A DNA stretch of 64,000 nucleotides from Calditrichales bacterium. Lineage in GTDB: Bacteria > Calditrichota > Calditrichia > Calditrichales > J004. The stretch is taken from NCBI GenBank assembly GCA_965267575.1, contig OZ254086.1, positions 1,312,001 through 1,376,000 on the forward strand. The letters run 5' to 3'. The notes under the pieces were generated by a model, which did no database searches, was not told the DNA's origin, and saw only the letters and a program-made list of their open reading frames with translations. This document shows, one piece after another, positions 1 through 9,294 of this stretch; position 1 is the first letter of the stretch; every line of letters begins with the position of its first letter. The translations under genes and the position numbers were made by a program.

Positions 1-183
1 CAGGGAAAAGGCCGTGCGCGCCTGGCCAACCTCATAAATTTTACCATCCAGCGTGCAGACAGCCATGCCAAACTGGGAACGATTGATCTTAGCCAGCTCT
101 GGAATATAATCGGCCACTTCACCACTGTCCAGAAGCGGCATAACTTCCTTATATATCTCTTCAAGGATGTGCGTTATATTCAT
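1..183 (-). CDS. glsA: Glutaminase, N-terminal part (runs off the window edge)
   Basis: Manual translation from ATG at 183: MNITHILEEIYKEVMPLLDSGEVADYIPELAKINRSQFGMAVCTLDGKIYEVGQARTAFSL. GxVADYIPELA and FGMAVCTLDG are the glutaminase N-terminal signature. Not in the ORF track because truncated. Confidence 0.88.
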   Translation of the reverse strand, partial: MNITHILEEIYKEVMPLLDSGEVADYIPELAKINRSQFGMAVCTLDGKIYEVGQARTAFSL

Positions 184-214
184 AAGCTGACTTAAAAGCC
201 ACGGAAGCGGCTTG

Positions 215-1237
215 TTATTTTTTCAGGGCGATGCTGTCCAGTAAGACGTTGATTCCGCCGCCCAGCGGATCGGCCACGGGCAAACCCAGTTGTTGTTTCA
301 GCCGGCTTATCACATCACCGCGGTCTTCGGAAGAGGGTAGCTGAGCCAGGTTAATGCTTACCGCCAGCACCTGCGCCCCGTTAACCTGCTCCAGCAACAT
401 GCGCTGCAGTTCCAGCGCCCGTAAAGCGCCGCGCAGATCATTTGCCTGTTCCAGCCTGTAACACATAATAACGCCGTCCGGCTGTGAACCGTGAAGGATA
501 CCCAAAGACGCAGGCGCCTTCACCGGATCGGTAAATGCCCCCTGCCCCTGCACCAGGAGATATTCGAATTTACCGTTCAGCTCGTTCAACTCGTTTTCAA
601 CATGGCCGGCAATGATGTCCGCACCCATCGAATCTGCCGTCAGACCCTTGCCCTTTAGCAAATATCCGGCCAGGCTCGTTGGCAGCCAATCGGCAGACGT
701 GCCTTTTTTATGCAGGGCGTGCGTCAGCTCAATGGATGTTACCAGCTTGCCGGAGTAGCGGTTGCCCCCGCTTATCAATATTCTTTTCGATTGCTTGCCT
801 TCTTTGGGGCCGATAAATTTGAGCGGCCGGTTTTTCTCTTCGTCACGGCGTAAATCTATAATGCGTGCTTTATACTTCTCGGAAAGCAATTCAAATTCGG
901 CCAGGTCGTTCAGTGTCTGGTGCAGGCCATTCAACACGTGTACCTTATTCTGCAATGCCTGTATAACCATGGGATACCATTCCATCGGAAAAGCGGGCAC
1001 AAGAGAAGAGGCACCAAGTAGCAGGTAGTTGGGTTTGCGCGTAAACAGCTCATCCAGCGTTGAAGTCACAGGAATGGCGCCACCAAAACCCAGTACATCT
1101 TGAACTGTCTTACCGGCATTATTTTTATCTATAATACCAACTATTTCGTCGTTCAGATAACGGACCAGTGCGCTTTCGACCTGCGAAACAACAGGACGCA
1201 GCCGTGATTCACAATGTATTACAATGCGTCTTTTCAT
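215..1237 (-). CDS. DUF1611 / DgcN-like protein with degenerate motifs
   Basis: 340 aa; IVGIID..AGK, NGLH, IIDLR, QGQG and LHGSQPD match the DUF1611 layout; the P-loop-like motif is divergent (GGNRYSGKLVT). Confidence 0.75.
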   Translation of the reverse strand: MKRRIVIHCESRLRPVVSQVESALVRYLNDEIVGIIDKNNAGKTVQDVLGFGGAIPVTSTLDELFTRKPNYLLLGASSLVPAFPMEWYPMVIQALQNKVHVLNGLHQTLNDLAEFELLSEKYKARIIDLRRDEEKNRPLKFIGPKEGKQSKRILISGGNRYSGKLVTSIELTHALHKKGTSADWLPTSLAGYLLKGKGLTADSMGADIIAGHVENELNELNGKFEYLLVQGQGAFTDPVKAPASLGILHGSQPDGVIMCYRLEQANDLRGALRALELQRMLLEQVNGAQVLAVSINLAQLPSSEDRGDVISRLKQQLGLPVADPLGGGINVLLDSIALKK

Positions 1238-1297
1238 GGATTTCTTAATTCTATAATGTGGGGTAAATATATATAAATGTTTGTTTTAGCACAAAAA

Positions 1298-1765
1298 CTA
1301 AAGTGAGTCAGGTATAAAAATATAAGGACGGATTAACTCCAGTGTCTTCGGGCCGATTCGTGTTACGTTGTCCAGTTCTTCCAGGCTCTTAAAAGGGCCG
1401 TTTTGTTCGCGGTATTGTATAATATTACCTGCCGTCACAGGCCCTATCCGCGGTAAACGCTTTAAACTTTCAATCCCGGCCGTATTGATGTTTATGCTTT
1501 TAGCCGTCAGCTTTTGCTCCGGCTCAGACCGCCTCGTCTTTTTCTGCGATACCTCGTCCTCAGCCTGCTCCATTCCCGCAGGATCATTTTCCTGTTCCAC
1601 CATTGTATCTGCTGCCAACACATGGAAAAGACTGTCCTGTAATGTGTAATCGTACAATTCAGGATGAAAGCCATGCGGTTTAAGCCATTGCAGTGTAAAG
1701 GCGGCCAAAAACAAGATCGAAATCAGGCCGAAAGCTTTTTTCTCTGCCGGAGAAAATTGCGACAT
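1298..1765 (-). CDS. comEA: ComEA-family helix-hairpin-helix DNA-binding protein
   Basis: N-terminal TM helix; ININTAGIESLKRLPRIGPVTAGNIIQYREQNGPFKSLEELDNVTRIGPKTLE is a double HhH domain. Confidence 0.88.
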   Translation of the reverse strand: MSQFSPAEKKAFGLISILFLAAFTLQWLKPHGFHPELYDYTLQDSLFHVLAADTMVEQENDPAGMEQAEDEVSQKKTRRSEPEQKLTAKSININTAGIESLKRLPRIGPVTAGNIIQYREQNGPFKSLEELDNVTRIGPKTLELIRPYIFIPDSL

Positions 1766-1777
1766 CGCCCAACCCTG

Positions 1778-2944
1778 TTAGAAATTCAATGCTTCCTTGA
1801 ACTTTTCAAACATATTCTTGGAGCCAGAATCTTCCGATGGCTTCAGGTTGTCACTCTCCTTGAGTTCTTTCAGTAATTTTTTGTCCGAATCCGACAAGCG
1901 CACGGGCACATAAACCTGGACCTGTACAAGCTGATCACCGATGCCGGCGCCGTTGAGGTGCGGAATACCCTTGCCGCGCATACGCAGAATTTTGCCCGAT
2001 TGCGTTCCCTGATTAATGTTCAATTTGGCTTTGCCGGTCAGCGTTGGTACCTCCACGGAAGCGCCCAGGGCAGCATCGGGAAAACTGACGGGCAGAACAA
2101 CAATGACGTCATCTCCGCGTCGGTCAAATATCTTATGCTCTTTCTCTTCGATGTGAACGATCAGGTCGCCGGCAGCTCCACCGCGCATCCCGGCATGGCC
2201 TTCTCCGTTCAGCGGAATATAGTTGCCCGTTTTTACGCCGGCCGGAATATTCACTTCGATTGTCTTGGTGCCGTTTACGCGTCCTTCGCCGGCACAGGTA
2301 GCGCAGGGATTCTCGATAATCTGACCCTGGCCATTGCAGCGGTTGCAGGTTGTTATATTTACAAACTGACCAAACAACGACTGCGACACCTGGCGGATTT
2401 CACCGCTGCCTTTGCAAATGGGGCAGGAGACCGTCTTGCTGTATTTGGCCGCACCGGAGCCGTTACAGGTAGCGCATTCAATTTTTTTGTTTACTTTGAT
2501 TTTTTTACGGGTACCCGTGGCTATTTCTTCCAGAGTAAGCTTTAAGCGTATCTGCAGATCGGCACCGCGACGGTTTCCGCCACGCCGCCGTCTTGTTCCC
2601 GCGCCACCGCCGAAAATATCGCCAAAACCGCCAAAGCCCTGTTCCATAAACTGGCGCAACGCTTCAGACAGGTCGATGCCGCCAAAACCAAACGGATCAC
2701 CTCCGCCCATACCGCCCATGCTCTCCGCGGCATGTCCAAAGCGGTCATACTTCTGGCGTTTTTCATCGTCGCCCAAAACGGCGTAAGCTTCCGCCACTTC
2801 CTTAAATTTTTCTTCGGCATCCTTATCATCCGGGTTTTTGTCCGGGTGATACTTCATCGCCAGTTTTCGATACGCTTTTTTTATTTCATCCTTGCTGGCG
2901 TCCTTCGACAATCCAAGGACTTCATAATAATCTCGCTTTGCCAT
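1778..2944 (-). CDS. dnaJ: Chaperone DnaJ
   Basis: J-domain with HPD, G/F-rich linker, four CxxCxGxG repeats. Confidence 0.98.
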   Translation of the reverse strand: MAKRDYYEVLGLSKDASKDEIKKAYRKLAMKYHPDKNPDDKDAEEKFKEVAEAYAVLGDDEKRQKYDRFGHAAESMGGMGGGDPFGFGGIDLSEALRQFMEQGFGGFGDIFGGGAGTRRRRGGNRRGADLQIRLKLTLEEIATGTRKKIKVNKKIECATCNGSGAAKYSKTVSCPICKGSGEIRQVSQSLFGQFVNITTCNRCNGQGQIIENPCATCAGEGRVNGTKTIEVNIPAGVKTGNYIPLNGEGHAGMRGGAAGDLIVHIEEKEHKIFDRRGDDVIVVLPVSFPDAALGASVEVPTLTGKAKLNINQGTQSGKILRMRGKGIPHLNGAGIGDQLVQVQVYVPVRLSDSDKKLLKELKESDNLKPSEDSGSKNMFEKFKEALNF

Positions 2945-2952
2945 AATCTGTC

Positions 2953-3549
2953 CTATTTTGCTACCAATACCTGCGCGTGCCGGATCACTTTGTCATTGAG
3001 CTTGTAGCCTTTCAGGTGCTCATCTACAACCGTACCGCTTTCATATTCGTCCGAGTCCACCTGCATCAGCGCGTTATGCTCATCGGGGTTGAATTCGTTT
3101 CCTACGACTTGCAGCGGCTCCAAACCACGCTTGGTTAGCGTATTCAACATATTCTTGTAAACCAGCTGAACGCCCTTTAGCACCGGCGAATCCGGGTTCT
3201 CTTTTTCGGCATGGGAAATTGTGCGCTCAAAATCATCCAGCACCGGCAATAATTCCTCAATCAACTCGCGGCTGGCAGATTGAATATTATCGATGAACTC
3301 TTTTTCAGTCCGGCGCTTAAAGTTTTCAAATTCTGCCATCTTGCGCAGCAGCTGATCTCTCAGTTTTTGCTCTTCCATTTGCGATTTTTCCAATTCAGCC
3401 TCAAGCTGCTGAATCCTTTTTTCAGCTTCATCATTTACCGGCCTGTTCTTTGACGAGGCCTTTTTATCTTTTTTTGAATTAGACTTTTTCTCGTTCTTGG
3501 GCTTTTGCTTTTCTTCTTTTTCTGTTTCTTTTATTTCTTTATCACTCAT
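2953..3549 (-). CDS. grpE: Nucleotide exchange factor GrpE
   Basis: [44 protein letters not shown]. Confidence 0.96.
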   Translation of the reverse strand: MSDKEIKETEKEEKQKPKNEKKSNSKKDKKASSKNRPVNDEAEKRIQQLEAELEKSQMEEQKLRDQLLRKMAEFENFKRRTEKEFIDNIQSASRELIEELLPVLDDFERTISHAEKENPDSPVLKGVQLVYKNMLNTLTKRGLEPLQVVGNEFNPDEHNALMQVDSDEYESGTVVDEHLKGYKLNDKVIRHAQVLVAK

Positions 3550-3633
3550 TTTTAAACAACTCCAGTTTATACCTTTTTATAATATTTTGATAAACAATCC
3601 TAATGCCCGTTACAGGTATTTATTAAGCCGGGT

Positions 3634-3663
3634 AATTTAAGAAAGTATCCTTTCGGCTGTCAA
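3634..3663 (-). promoter_or_regulatory. Putative sigma70-type promoter for grpE-dnaJ
   Basis: Minus strand reads TTGACA-18 nt-TAAATT, upstream of grpE. Confidence 0.55.
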
Positions 3664-3671
3664 GGCAGCGA

Positions 3672-4532
3672 TCAGGACAAGCTCTCCAAATACTTAGCAA
3701 CGCTCAACCTGCTGGAGATAAATCCGATCGCCACACCCAGAAACGTAAGTGCTGCGTAGATTTCCTCCCGGAACACGATCGAGCTAAAAACAGTTCTGCT
3801 CAATCCATAGTTTAAAGCAGCCAGAAGCAGGCAGGCCAGGCCCGCGCCGATCAATCCCTGCAGAATGCCTTCCACCACAAAGGGTCTTTTTATAAAAGAG
3901 CGCTTGGCGCCGACAAGCTTCATGATCTCTATAATATCGCGTCTGGCAAAAATTGTCAGCCGAACCGTATTATACAACAGCACAATCGTTACCGCGGATA
4001 TCAGCGCTATGCCCAATGCCCCGGCCAGATAGGCAATAGTTAAGTAACGGTCAATCAGGGCGATCAATTCCTTTTGATAAATCACTTCGTCCACGGCATC
4101 GATGGCTGCAAGTTCGCCGGCCATGGCGTTTACCGCAGCGGCGTTCCGGGCCTCAGCTTTCGGCGTGATGATAAACGACGGTGGCAACGGGTTTACCTGA
4201 AGCACCTCATAAACGCTCTTGCCAAACTCCTGCTCAAAACGGCGCGCGGCATCCTCTTTTGAAACAAAGCGCAGGCTCTCCACATCATCGCGCTTTTGCA
4301 GCTCGCTGCGAACAAAATCAATGTCCTCCTGGCTGACAACGTTCTCCAGAAAAATCTCCACCTCCAGCCGCGAGCGAATGGTACTGATCCAGTTATCCAC
4401 ATTCAGGGCCACAAGAACGGCGGTCCCAATCAGAAAATGGCTGAATGTTATGGAGGAAATCGTAAGAAATGTCGCCAGCCGGGCGCGGCGAAATCCTTTG
4501 AGACCTTCCTTTATGGTAAACCAGAAATTCAT
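3672..4532 (-). CDS. ftsX: Cell division permease FtsX
   Basis: 286 aa, 4 TM; NPLP and NTVRLTIFARRDIIEIMKLVGA..FIKRPFVVEG. Confidence 0.93.
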   Translation of the reverse strand: MNFWFTIKEGLKGFRRARLATFLTISSITFSHFLIGTAVLVALNVDNWISTIRSRLEVEIFLENVVSQEDIDFVRSELQKRDDVESLRFVSKEDAARRFEQEFGKSVYEVLQVNPLPPSFIITPKAEARNAAAVNAMAGELAAIDAVDEVIYQKELIALIDRYLTIAYLAGALGIALISAVTIVLLYNTVRLTIFARRDIIEIMKLVGAKRSFIKRPFVVEGILQGLIGAGLACLLLAALNYGLSRTVFSSIVFREEIYAALTFLGVAIGFISSRLSVAKYLESLS

Positions 4533-5182
4533 TTCTCTACCACTTCTCCCTTGTCCAGGGCAATAGTGCGGTGTGGAAAGCGGCGCAAAATTTCGTCTGA
4601 GTGCGTGGCCATTAAAACAGCCGTCCCCTGCCGGTTAATTTTTTCCAGTATGGCAACAATCTCAAGCGATGTCTGCTGGTCCAGGTTTCCGGTGGGCTCG
4701 TCGGCCAGGACAATAAACGGGTTATTGACGATAGCACGGGCAATGGCCACACGCTGCTGTTCGCCGCCGGAAAGCTCCAGCGGATAATGAAATCTCTTCT
4801 GCCCCAGGTTGACCTCGGCCAGAACGCGCATAACCTTTCGCTTAATATCATGCGTTTGCGCGCCGGTTACACGCAGCGAAAAAGCAACATTGTCAAACAC
4901 ATTGCGGTCGTTGAGCAGCTTAAAATCCTGAAAAACCACACCCAGCTTGCGGCGCAAATAGGGGATATCTCTCTCCTTGATTTTGGCCGAAGTATAATTT
5001 TCAACCACAACCATTCCGCTGTCCGGCATCAGGTCCATATAAATATGGCGTAAAATGGTCGATTTGCCGGCGCCGGATGGACCCTTCAGATAGACGAATT
5101 CACCCTTGAGAATACGCATGGTTATATTTTTGAGAATGGTTTTATCGTCTATTGTTGTATGTACGTTGTAGAATTCTATCAT
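4529..5182 (-). CDS. ftsE: Cell division ATP-binding protein FtsE
   Basis: GPSGAGKST, GVVFQDFKLL, LSGGEQQR, LADEPTGNLD; overlaps ftsX. Confidence 0.95.
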   Translation of the reverse strand: MIEFYNVHTTIDDKTILKNITMRILKGEFVYLKGPSGAGKSTILRHIYMDLMPDSGMVVVENYTSAKIKERDIPYLRRKLGVVFQDFKLLNDRNVFDNVAFSLRVTGAQTHDIKRKVMRVLAEVNLGQKRFHYPLELSGGEQQRVAIARAIVNNPFIVLADEPTGNLDQQTSLEIVAILEKINRQGTAVLMATHSDEILRRFPHRTIALDKGEVVEK

Positions 5183-5910
5183 TGGGGTTTTGCGCAGATA
5201 AAATGAATACGTTCACTCTGTTTGCGGGCGTCTTTGTGTGTTAAGTTTTCGAAAGCTGCTTTCATATTCAGCGGACTTTGTGCAATAAGCTCGGTCCACA
5301 CTGCGTCGTTTCTGATCTTTTGAACATGGCGCTCTTTGTAACTTTCTCCATGGTAAAGAAAATAAAAGTCATTGTATTGCAGATTGTCTTTTTGGGAAAA
5401 CCAGCCATGCCGCTCATAGGCGAGCCCGTTCCAGCTGTCCGATTCGTAATAATTGTCAAAGCATTGTCGCACACCTTCGCGGGTTACCACATCAAAGATG
5501 AAAATACCGCGGGGCGCCAGAACGCGGGCTACCTCGCTAAAAAGAATCATAATATCCTGTTCTTCCAGCAAATAATTGATCGAATCGTAAAGCATGAGAA
5601 CGGCCTGCTGGCTTTCTGCGCGTAACGGCAGCGCCACGCTGTCGGATACCGCAAGCAAATTATGGCCGGATTTTCTGGCCTCCGCCAGCATCGGCAGCGA
5701 AAGGTCCAGCCCCACTACCAGCAAATCCTTTTTTTTTAAAAAACCCATATGTTTTCCCGTGCCGCAGGCTATGTCGGCAACTTTTTTTACCTTTCCCGGG
5801 TAGAAGGCAAACAAAGATGAAACGTAGCCGGCCCAGGCTTTGTAGTTTACATGGGCCATCACGCGATCATAAATTTGAGAAAGCATGCTGTAAGGGGCGG
5901 AATCGTTCAT
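5179..5910 (-). CDS. Class I SAM-dependent methyltransferase
   Basis: DIACGTG, GLDLS..ML, DSINY, GIFIFD. Start placed at MNDSAPY (5910). Confidence 0.85.
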   Translation of the reverse strand: MNDSAPYSMLSQIYDRVMAHVNYKAWAGYVSSLFAFYPGKVKKVADIACGTGKHMGFLKKKDLLVVGLDLSLPMLAEARKSGHNLLAVSDSVALPLRAESQQAVLMLYDSINYLLEEQDIMILFSEVARVLAPRGIFIFDVVTREGVRQCFDNYYESDSWNGLAYERHGWFSQKDNLQYNDFYFLYHGESYKERHVQKIRNDAVWTELIAQSPLNMKAAFENLTHKDARKQSERIHFICAKPQ

Positions 5911-5990
5911 GCGGCAATTTGCGAAAAACAATTTTCTGAAACAATTACATATATTTATTATACTGACAGACGCGATTAAACATACACCAT

Positions 5991-8024
5991 ATGATTGATT
6001 TTATAAACCCTGCTCTGCTCACAGCACTAATTGCCGCCGGCATCCCTCTTCTGCTTCATCTGCTTAAGAAGGAAAAAACACGCAAAATCGACTTCAGCGC
6101 CGTACGCTTCCTGAAACAGCTCGAGCAACAGCGCATAAAGCAAGTGCGATTGTATCAATACCTGATCATACTCATCCGCACACTGTTTATAATCTTTCTT
6201 GTGCTCACTTTTGCGAGGCCGACGTTAAGCGGTTCGTTTTGGGGCACGTTGGGCCAAAGCGCCGGCACAGCCGTTATCATCCTGGATGACAGCTACAGCA
6301 TGCAGACTTATCATACTGTTTCCACTTATTTTGACAGGGCGAAGGAGACGCTCGCGAGCATTTTACCGGCTTTTTCGGAAGAAGATAAAGTTTTTGTCGT
6401 GACCCCTTCGGACGTTAAAGCCAGGGCCATATCCGGTCCGGACGCCGCGATCAGCGATATTAAAGTCAGCAATCAGAAAGCAGGACTCGGTGACGCATTG
6501 ACCCTGGCCGATTCGCTGTTCCGCTATTACAAGAATCCCAACAACGAACTCTATGTCATTTCCGACTTTAGTTTTTCCGCACCCGGCGGGGAGGAAATTA
6601 CATCCGATTTTAGCGGCTTTATGCTGCCGGTTAGCGCGGGCGAATCAATAAACAGCGGAATTGACAGCGCTTTTATCAAAAACAGGCTTATCGAAAAGGA
6701 CAAGCCCATCGAGCTGAACGCACGCTTGTACAACCAGGCCGGCAATAACATAGAAACCGCGCTGGCGTTGAAAGATTCCGCAAAAACGTATGCCGTGGAT
6801 TATATCTCCCTGGCTGAGGGAGAGGAAAGGGATATTTCGCTTTCTTTCACGGCAACGCAGTACGGCCCGCTTTTCCTGGTGGCCGAGCTGGATGAAGATG
6901 ACCTCAGTCTAGACAATCGCTACTATATTTTTGCTGATGTGCCGTCTTCCGTTCGCGTGCTGTTTATAAATGACGACACCGCCTCCATGCTGCGCAGCGC
7001 CGGTGAAGTATTGGAAAGCCGCAGTGTTCTTGAGATTACCACTATGAGCCACACGCAGTGGCAGAGCGCTTCTCTCTCCGCATACAACCTGATTGTTGTA
7101 AGCGGCCCTGAAAAAGTAAATGCCTCCGGCATGTCTTTGTTGCGGCAATACCTGGCCAGTGGCCGCAGCATTGTGCTGCTGCCCGGCCAACAGACCTCGG
7201 CCGAAGCATTGAATCTATTTGGGCAAAATGTGGGAGCGCCGTTAAATGCGGACAGCCTGATACGCGCAACCGGACAATCTTATTTTAGCATTGAATCTGA
7301 AAAAAGGGCCAATCCGCTTTACCAGGAGCTTTTCCGCAATCTCAGCGGCAGCATCGACGTGCCAAGATTTAACAGTTATTTGAAAGCCGGTTCCGGCGGT
7401 GAAAGCCTTATCCGCTTCAGGAATAATGACATGTTTCTCGGATCATATTCATCGGGCGAAGGGGGCGATCTGCTTCTATTTACGGCTTCTTTCGATTTAC
7501 AAAACAGTAATATTCTGGTTAGCGGACTTTTTTTACCGTTGCTTTACCGCGTATTTTATAATGCCGGATATGACCGGGGCAATACCTTCTCGGCGCTGTG
7601 TGGTGAACGTGTTTTTGTAAGGAAAGATGACATTGATCTGACGCAATCGTATTATTTTATCCGGCCGGGTGGAAGCAGGGAAAGCATCATACCGGAACAG
7701 TTTTCCGATGGATTCCGTTTTGATTTAGGATCGCTGGATGAGCCCGGGTTTTACAAAATCTTAAATGACCGCAGCGATTTACTCTATGTGGTAACGGTGA
7801 ATAAGGCATCGGGAGAACTGAATCGGCCGGCAGCGGATGATCCTTTTTTTTCCGGGTTTAAATTACTCGACGTAAATGACGATGGCCTGGCCGCATCCAT
7901 CAGGGAACAGCGGCGCGGTGTTGAATTTTGGCCTTTGTTTTTGAGTTTGGCTTTGTTAATGTTGCTACTGGAAATGTTCGTTATCTATAAATTGGAAGGA
8001 AAGAAAAAAGCCGTTTATGAATGA
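5991..8024 (+). CDS. BatA/vWA domain membrane protein
   Basis: BatA-type N-terminus (IPLLLHLL..FSAVRFL..LTFARP), vWA MIDAS motif DDSYSM, ISDF, C-terminal TM. Confidence 0.8.
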   Translation: MIDFINPALLTALIAAGIPLLLHLLKKEKTRKIDFSAVRFLKQLEQQRIKQVRLYQYLIILIRTLFIIFLVLTFARPTLSGSFWGTLGQSAGTAVIILDDSYSMQTYHTVSTYFDRAKETLASILPAFSEEDKVFVVTPSDVKARAISGPDAAISDIKVSNQKAGLGDALTLADSLFRYYKNPNNELYVISDFSFSAPGGEEITSDFSGFMLPVSAGESINSGIDSAFIKNRLIEKDKPIELNARLYNQAGNNIETALALKDSAKTYAVDYISLAEGEERDISLSFTATQYGPLFLVAELDEDDLSLDNRYYIFADVPSSVRVLFINDDTASMLRSAGEVLESRSVLEITTMSHTQWQSASLSAYNLIVVSGPEKVNASGMSLLRQYLASGRSIVLLPGQQTSAEALNLFGQNVGAPLNADSLIRATGQSYFSIESEKRANPLYQELFRNLSGSIDVPRFNSYLKAGSGGESLIRFRNNDMFLGSYSSGEGGDLLLFTASFDLQNSNILVSGLFLPLLYRVFYNAGYDRGNTFSALCGERVFVRKDDIDLTQSYYFIRPGGSRESIIPEQFSDGFRFDLGSLDEPGFYKILNDRSDLLYVVTVNKASGELNRPAADDPFFSGFKLLDVNDDGLAASIREQRRGVEFWPLFLSLALLMLLLEMFVIYKLEGKKKAVYE

Positions 8025-9294
8025 TATTGTTATTGACGTCCAGACGGAGAGAGCCATATTGGTTGCGATCCGGCTTCCGCAGCAGGAGCGCTTTGTTGTG
8101 GAGGAGCATCTCGACGAGTTAAAGGAGCTTGCACTTACCGCAGGAGCTGAAGTTGTTGCCACGGTTGTCCAGGAACGCCCCTCTCCCGATTCCGCGTTTT
8201 TTATCGGTAAAGGCAAGCTTGATGAAATCGCCGCTCTTATCGATGATCTTAATGCCGGAATGCTGATTTTTGACGATGAACTTTCCCCTGCGCAGGCCAA
8301 AAATGTCGAGCAGAAAATAAAGGTAAAAGTTATTGACCGTACCGCGCTTATCCTGGATATTTTTGCCGATCACGCCCAAAGCCGCGAAGCTAAAACACAG
8401 GTGGAGCTGGCCCAGCTAAACTATTTGCTACCGCGATTGACCCGGCAGTGGCAGCACCTTAGCCGCCAGGTGGGAGGTATCGGAACCAAGGGGCCGGGCG
8501 AAACCCAGCTTGAGACCGACCGTCGGCTGGTTCGTAACAGGATTTCCCGGCTGCACAGCAAACTGGAGGAGATTGAGCGGCAGGGAGCCACGCGCCGCCA
8601 AAACCGCGATACGCTTTTCCGCGTTGCCCTTGTCGGCTACACCAATGCCGGTAAATCTACCCTGATGAATGCATTAACGGATTCATCCGTTCTGATGCAA
8701 AACAAACTTTTTGCCACGCTGGATACAACGGTGCGGCGCATGAATGATGAGGAAACACCCGGAGAGATCCTCGTCAGCGATACCGTCGGATTTATCCGCA
8801 AATTGCCCACACAGCTTGTTGCCTCTTTCCGTACAACGCTTTCCGAAGCGCGTGAGGCCGACCTGCTTTTGCACGTCATCGACATTGCCCATCCTTATTT
8901 TGAAGAGCAGATCCGTGTTGTGAATGAAGTTCTTGCTGAGCTGGATATTACCAACAAGCAGATCATTCATGTTTTTAACAAAGTCGATATTCTTGATAAA
9001 AGCGAACGTATAGAGCAAATGCGCACCCTGTATGGTGAAGATTCCGTTTTTATATCTGCCAAAAAGCAAATCGGGGTTCAGACGCTTAAGGATAAGATCA
9101 TTGCCCGTATGGAATCGCATTATAAAACCCGAAAGTTGCGACTCAGTTATATGCGCGGCGCCAATGAGCATTTGGTTATGCCTTATGCCACTATCTTAGA
9201 TAAGTCTTTCGATGAGAATTTTATATATCTGACAGTCAAATATCCTCCGGAAAACGAGTATCAAATTGAGCGTATACAAAAGAATTTTAGTTAG
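8017..9294 (+). CDS. hflX: GTPase HflX
   Basis: GPGETQLETDRR, GYTNAGKS, LFATLDTT, DTVGFI, NKVD. Confidence 0.97.
   Translation: MNDIVIDVQTERAILVAIRLPQQERFVVEEHLDELKELALTAGAEVVATVVQERPSPDSAFFIGKGKLDEIAALIDDLNAGMLIFDDELSPAQAKNVEQKIKVKVIDRTALILDIFADHAQSREAKTQVELAQLNYLLPRLTRQWQHLSRQVGGIGTKGPGETQLETDRRLVRNRISRLHSKLEEIERQGATRRQNRDTLFRVALVGYTNAGKSTLMNALTDSSVLMQNKLFATLDTTVRRMNDEETPGEILVSDTVGFIRKLPTQLVASFRTTLSEAREADLLLHVIDIAHPYFEEQIRVVNEVLAELDITNKQIIHVFNKVDILDKSERIEQMRTLYGEDSVFISAKKQIGVQTLKDKIIARMESHYKTRKLRLSYMRGANEHLVMPYATILDKSFDENFIYLTVKYPPENEYQIERIQKNFS

Noticed and set aside
1286-1312. TTAGCAC half-site resembling CIRCE
   Set aside because: The second arm does not match, and the site lies at the 3' end of comEA.
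3550-3671. CIRCE element or missing dnaK/hrcA near grpE-dnaJ
   Set aside because: No TTAGCACTC-N9-GAGTGCTAA is present. A grpE-dnaJ pair without dnaK is common in FCB bacteria.
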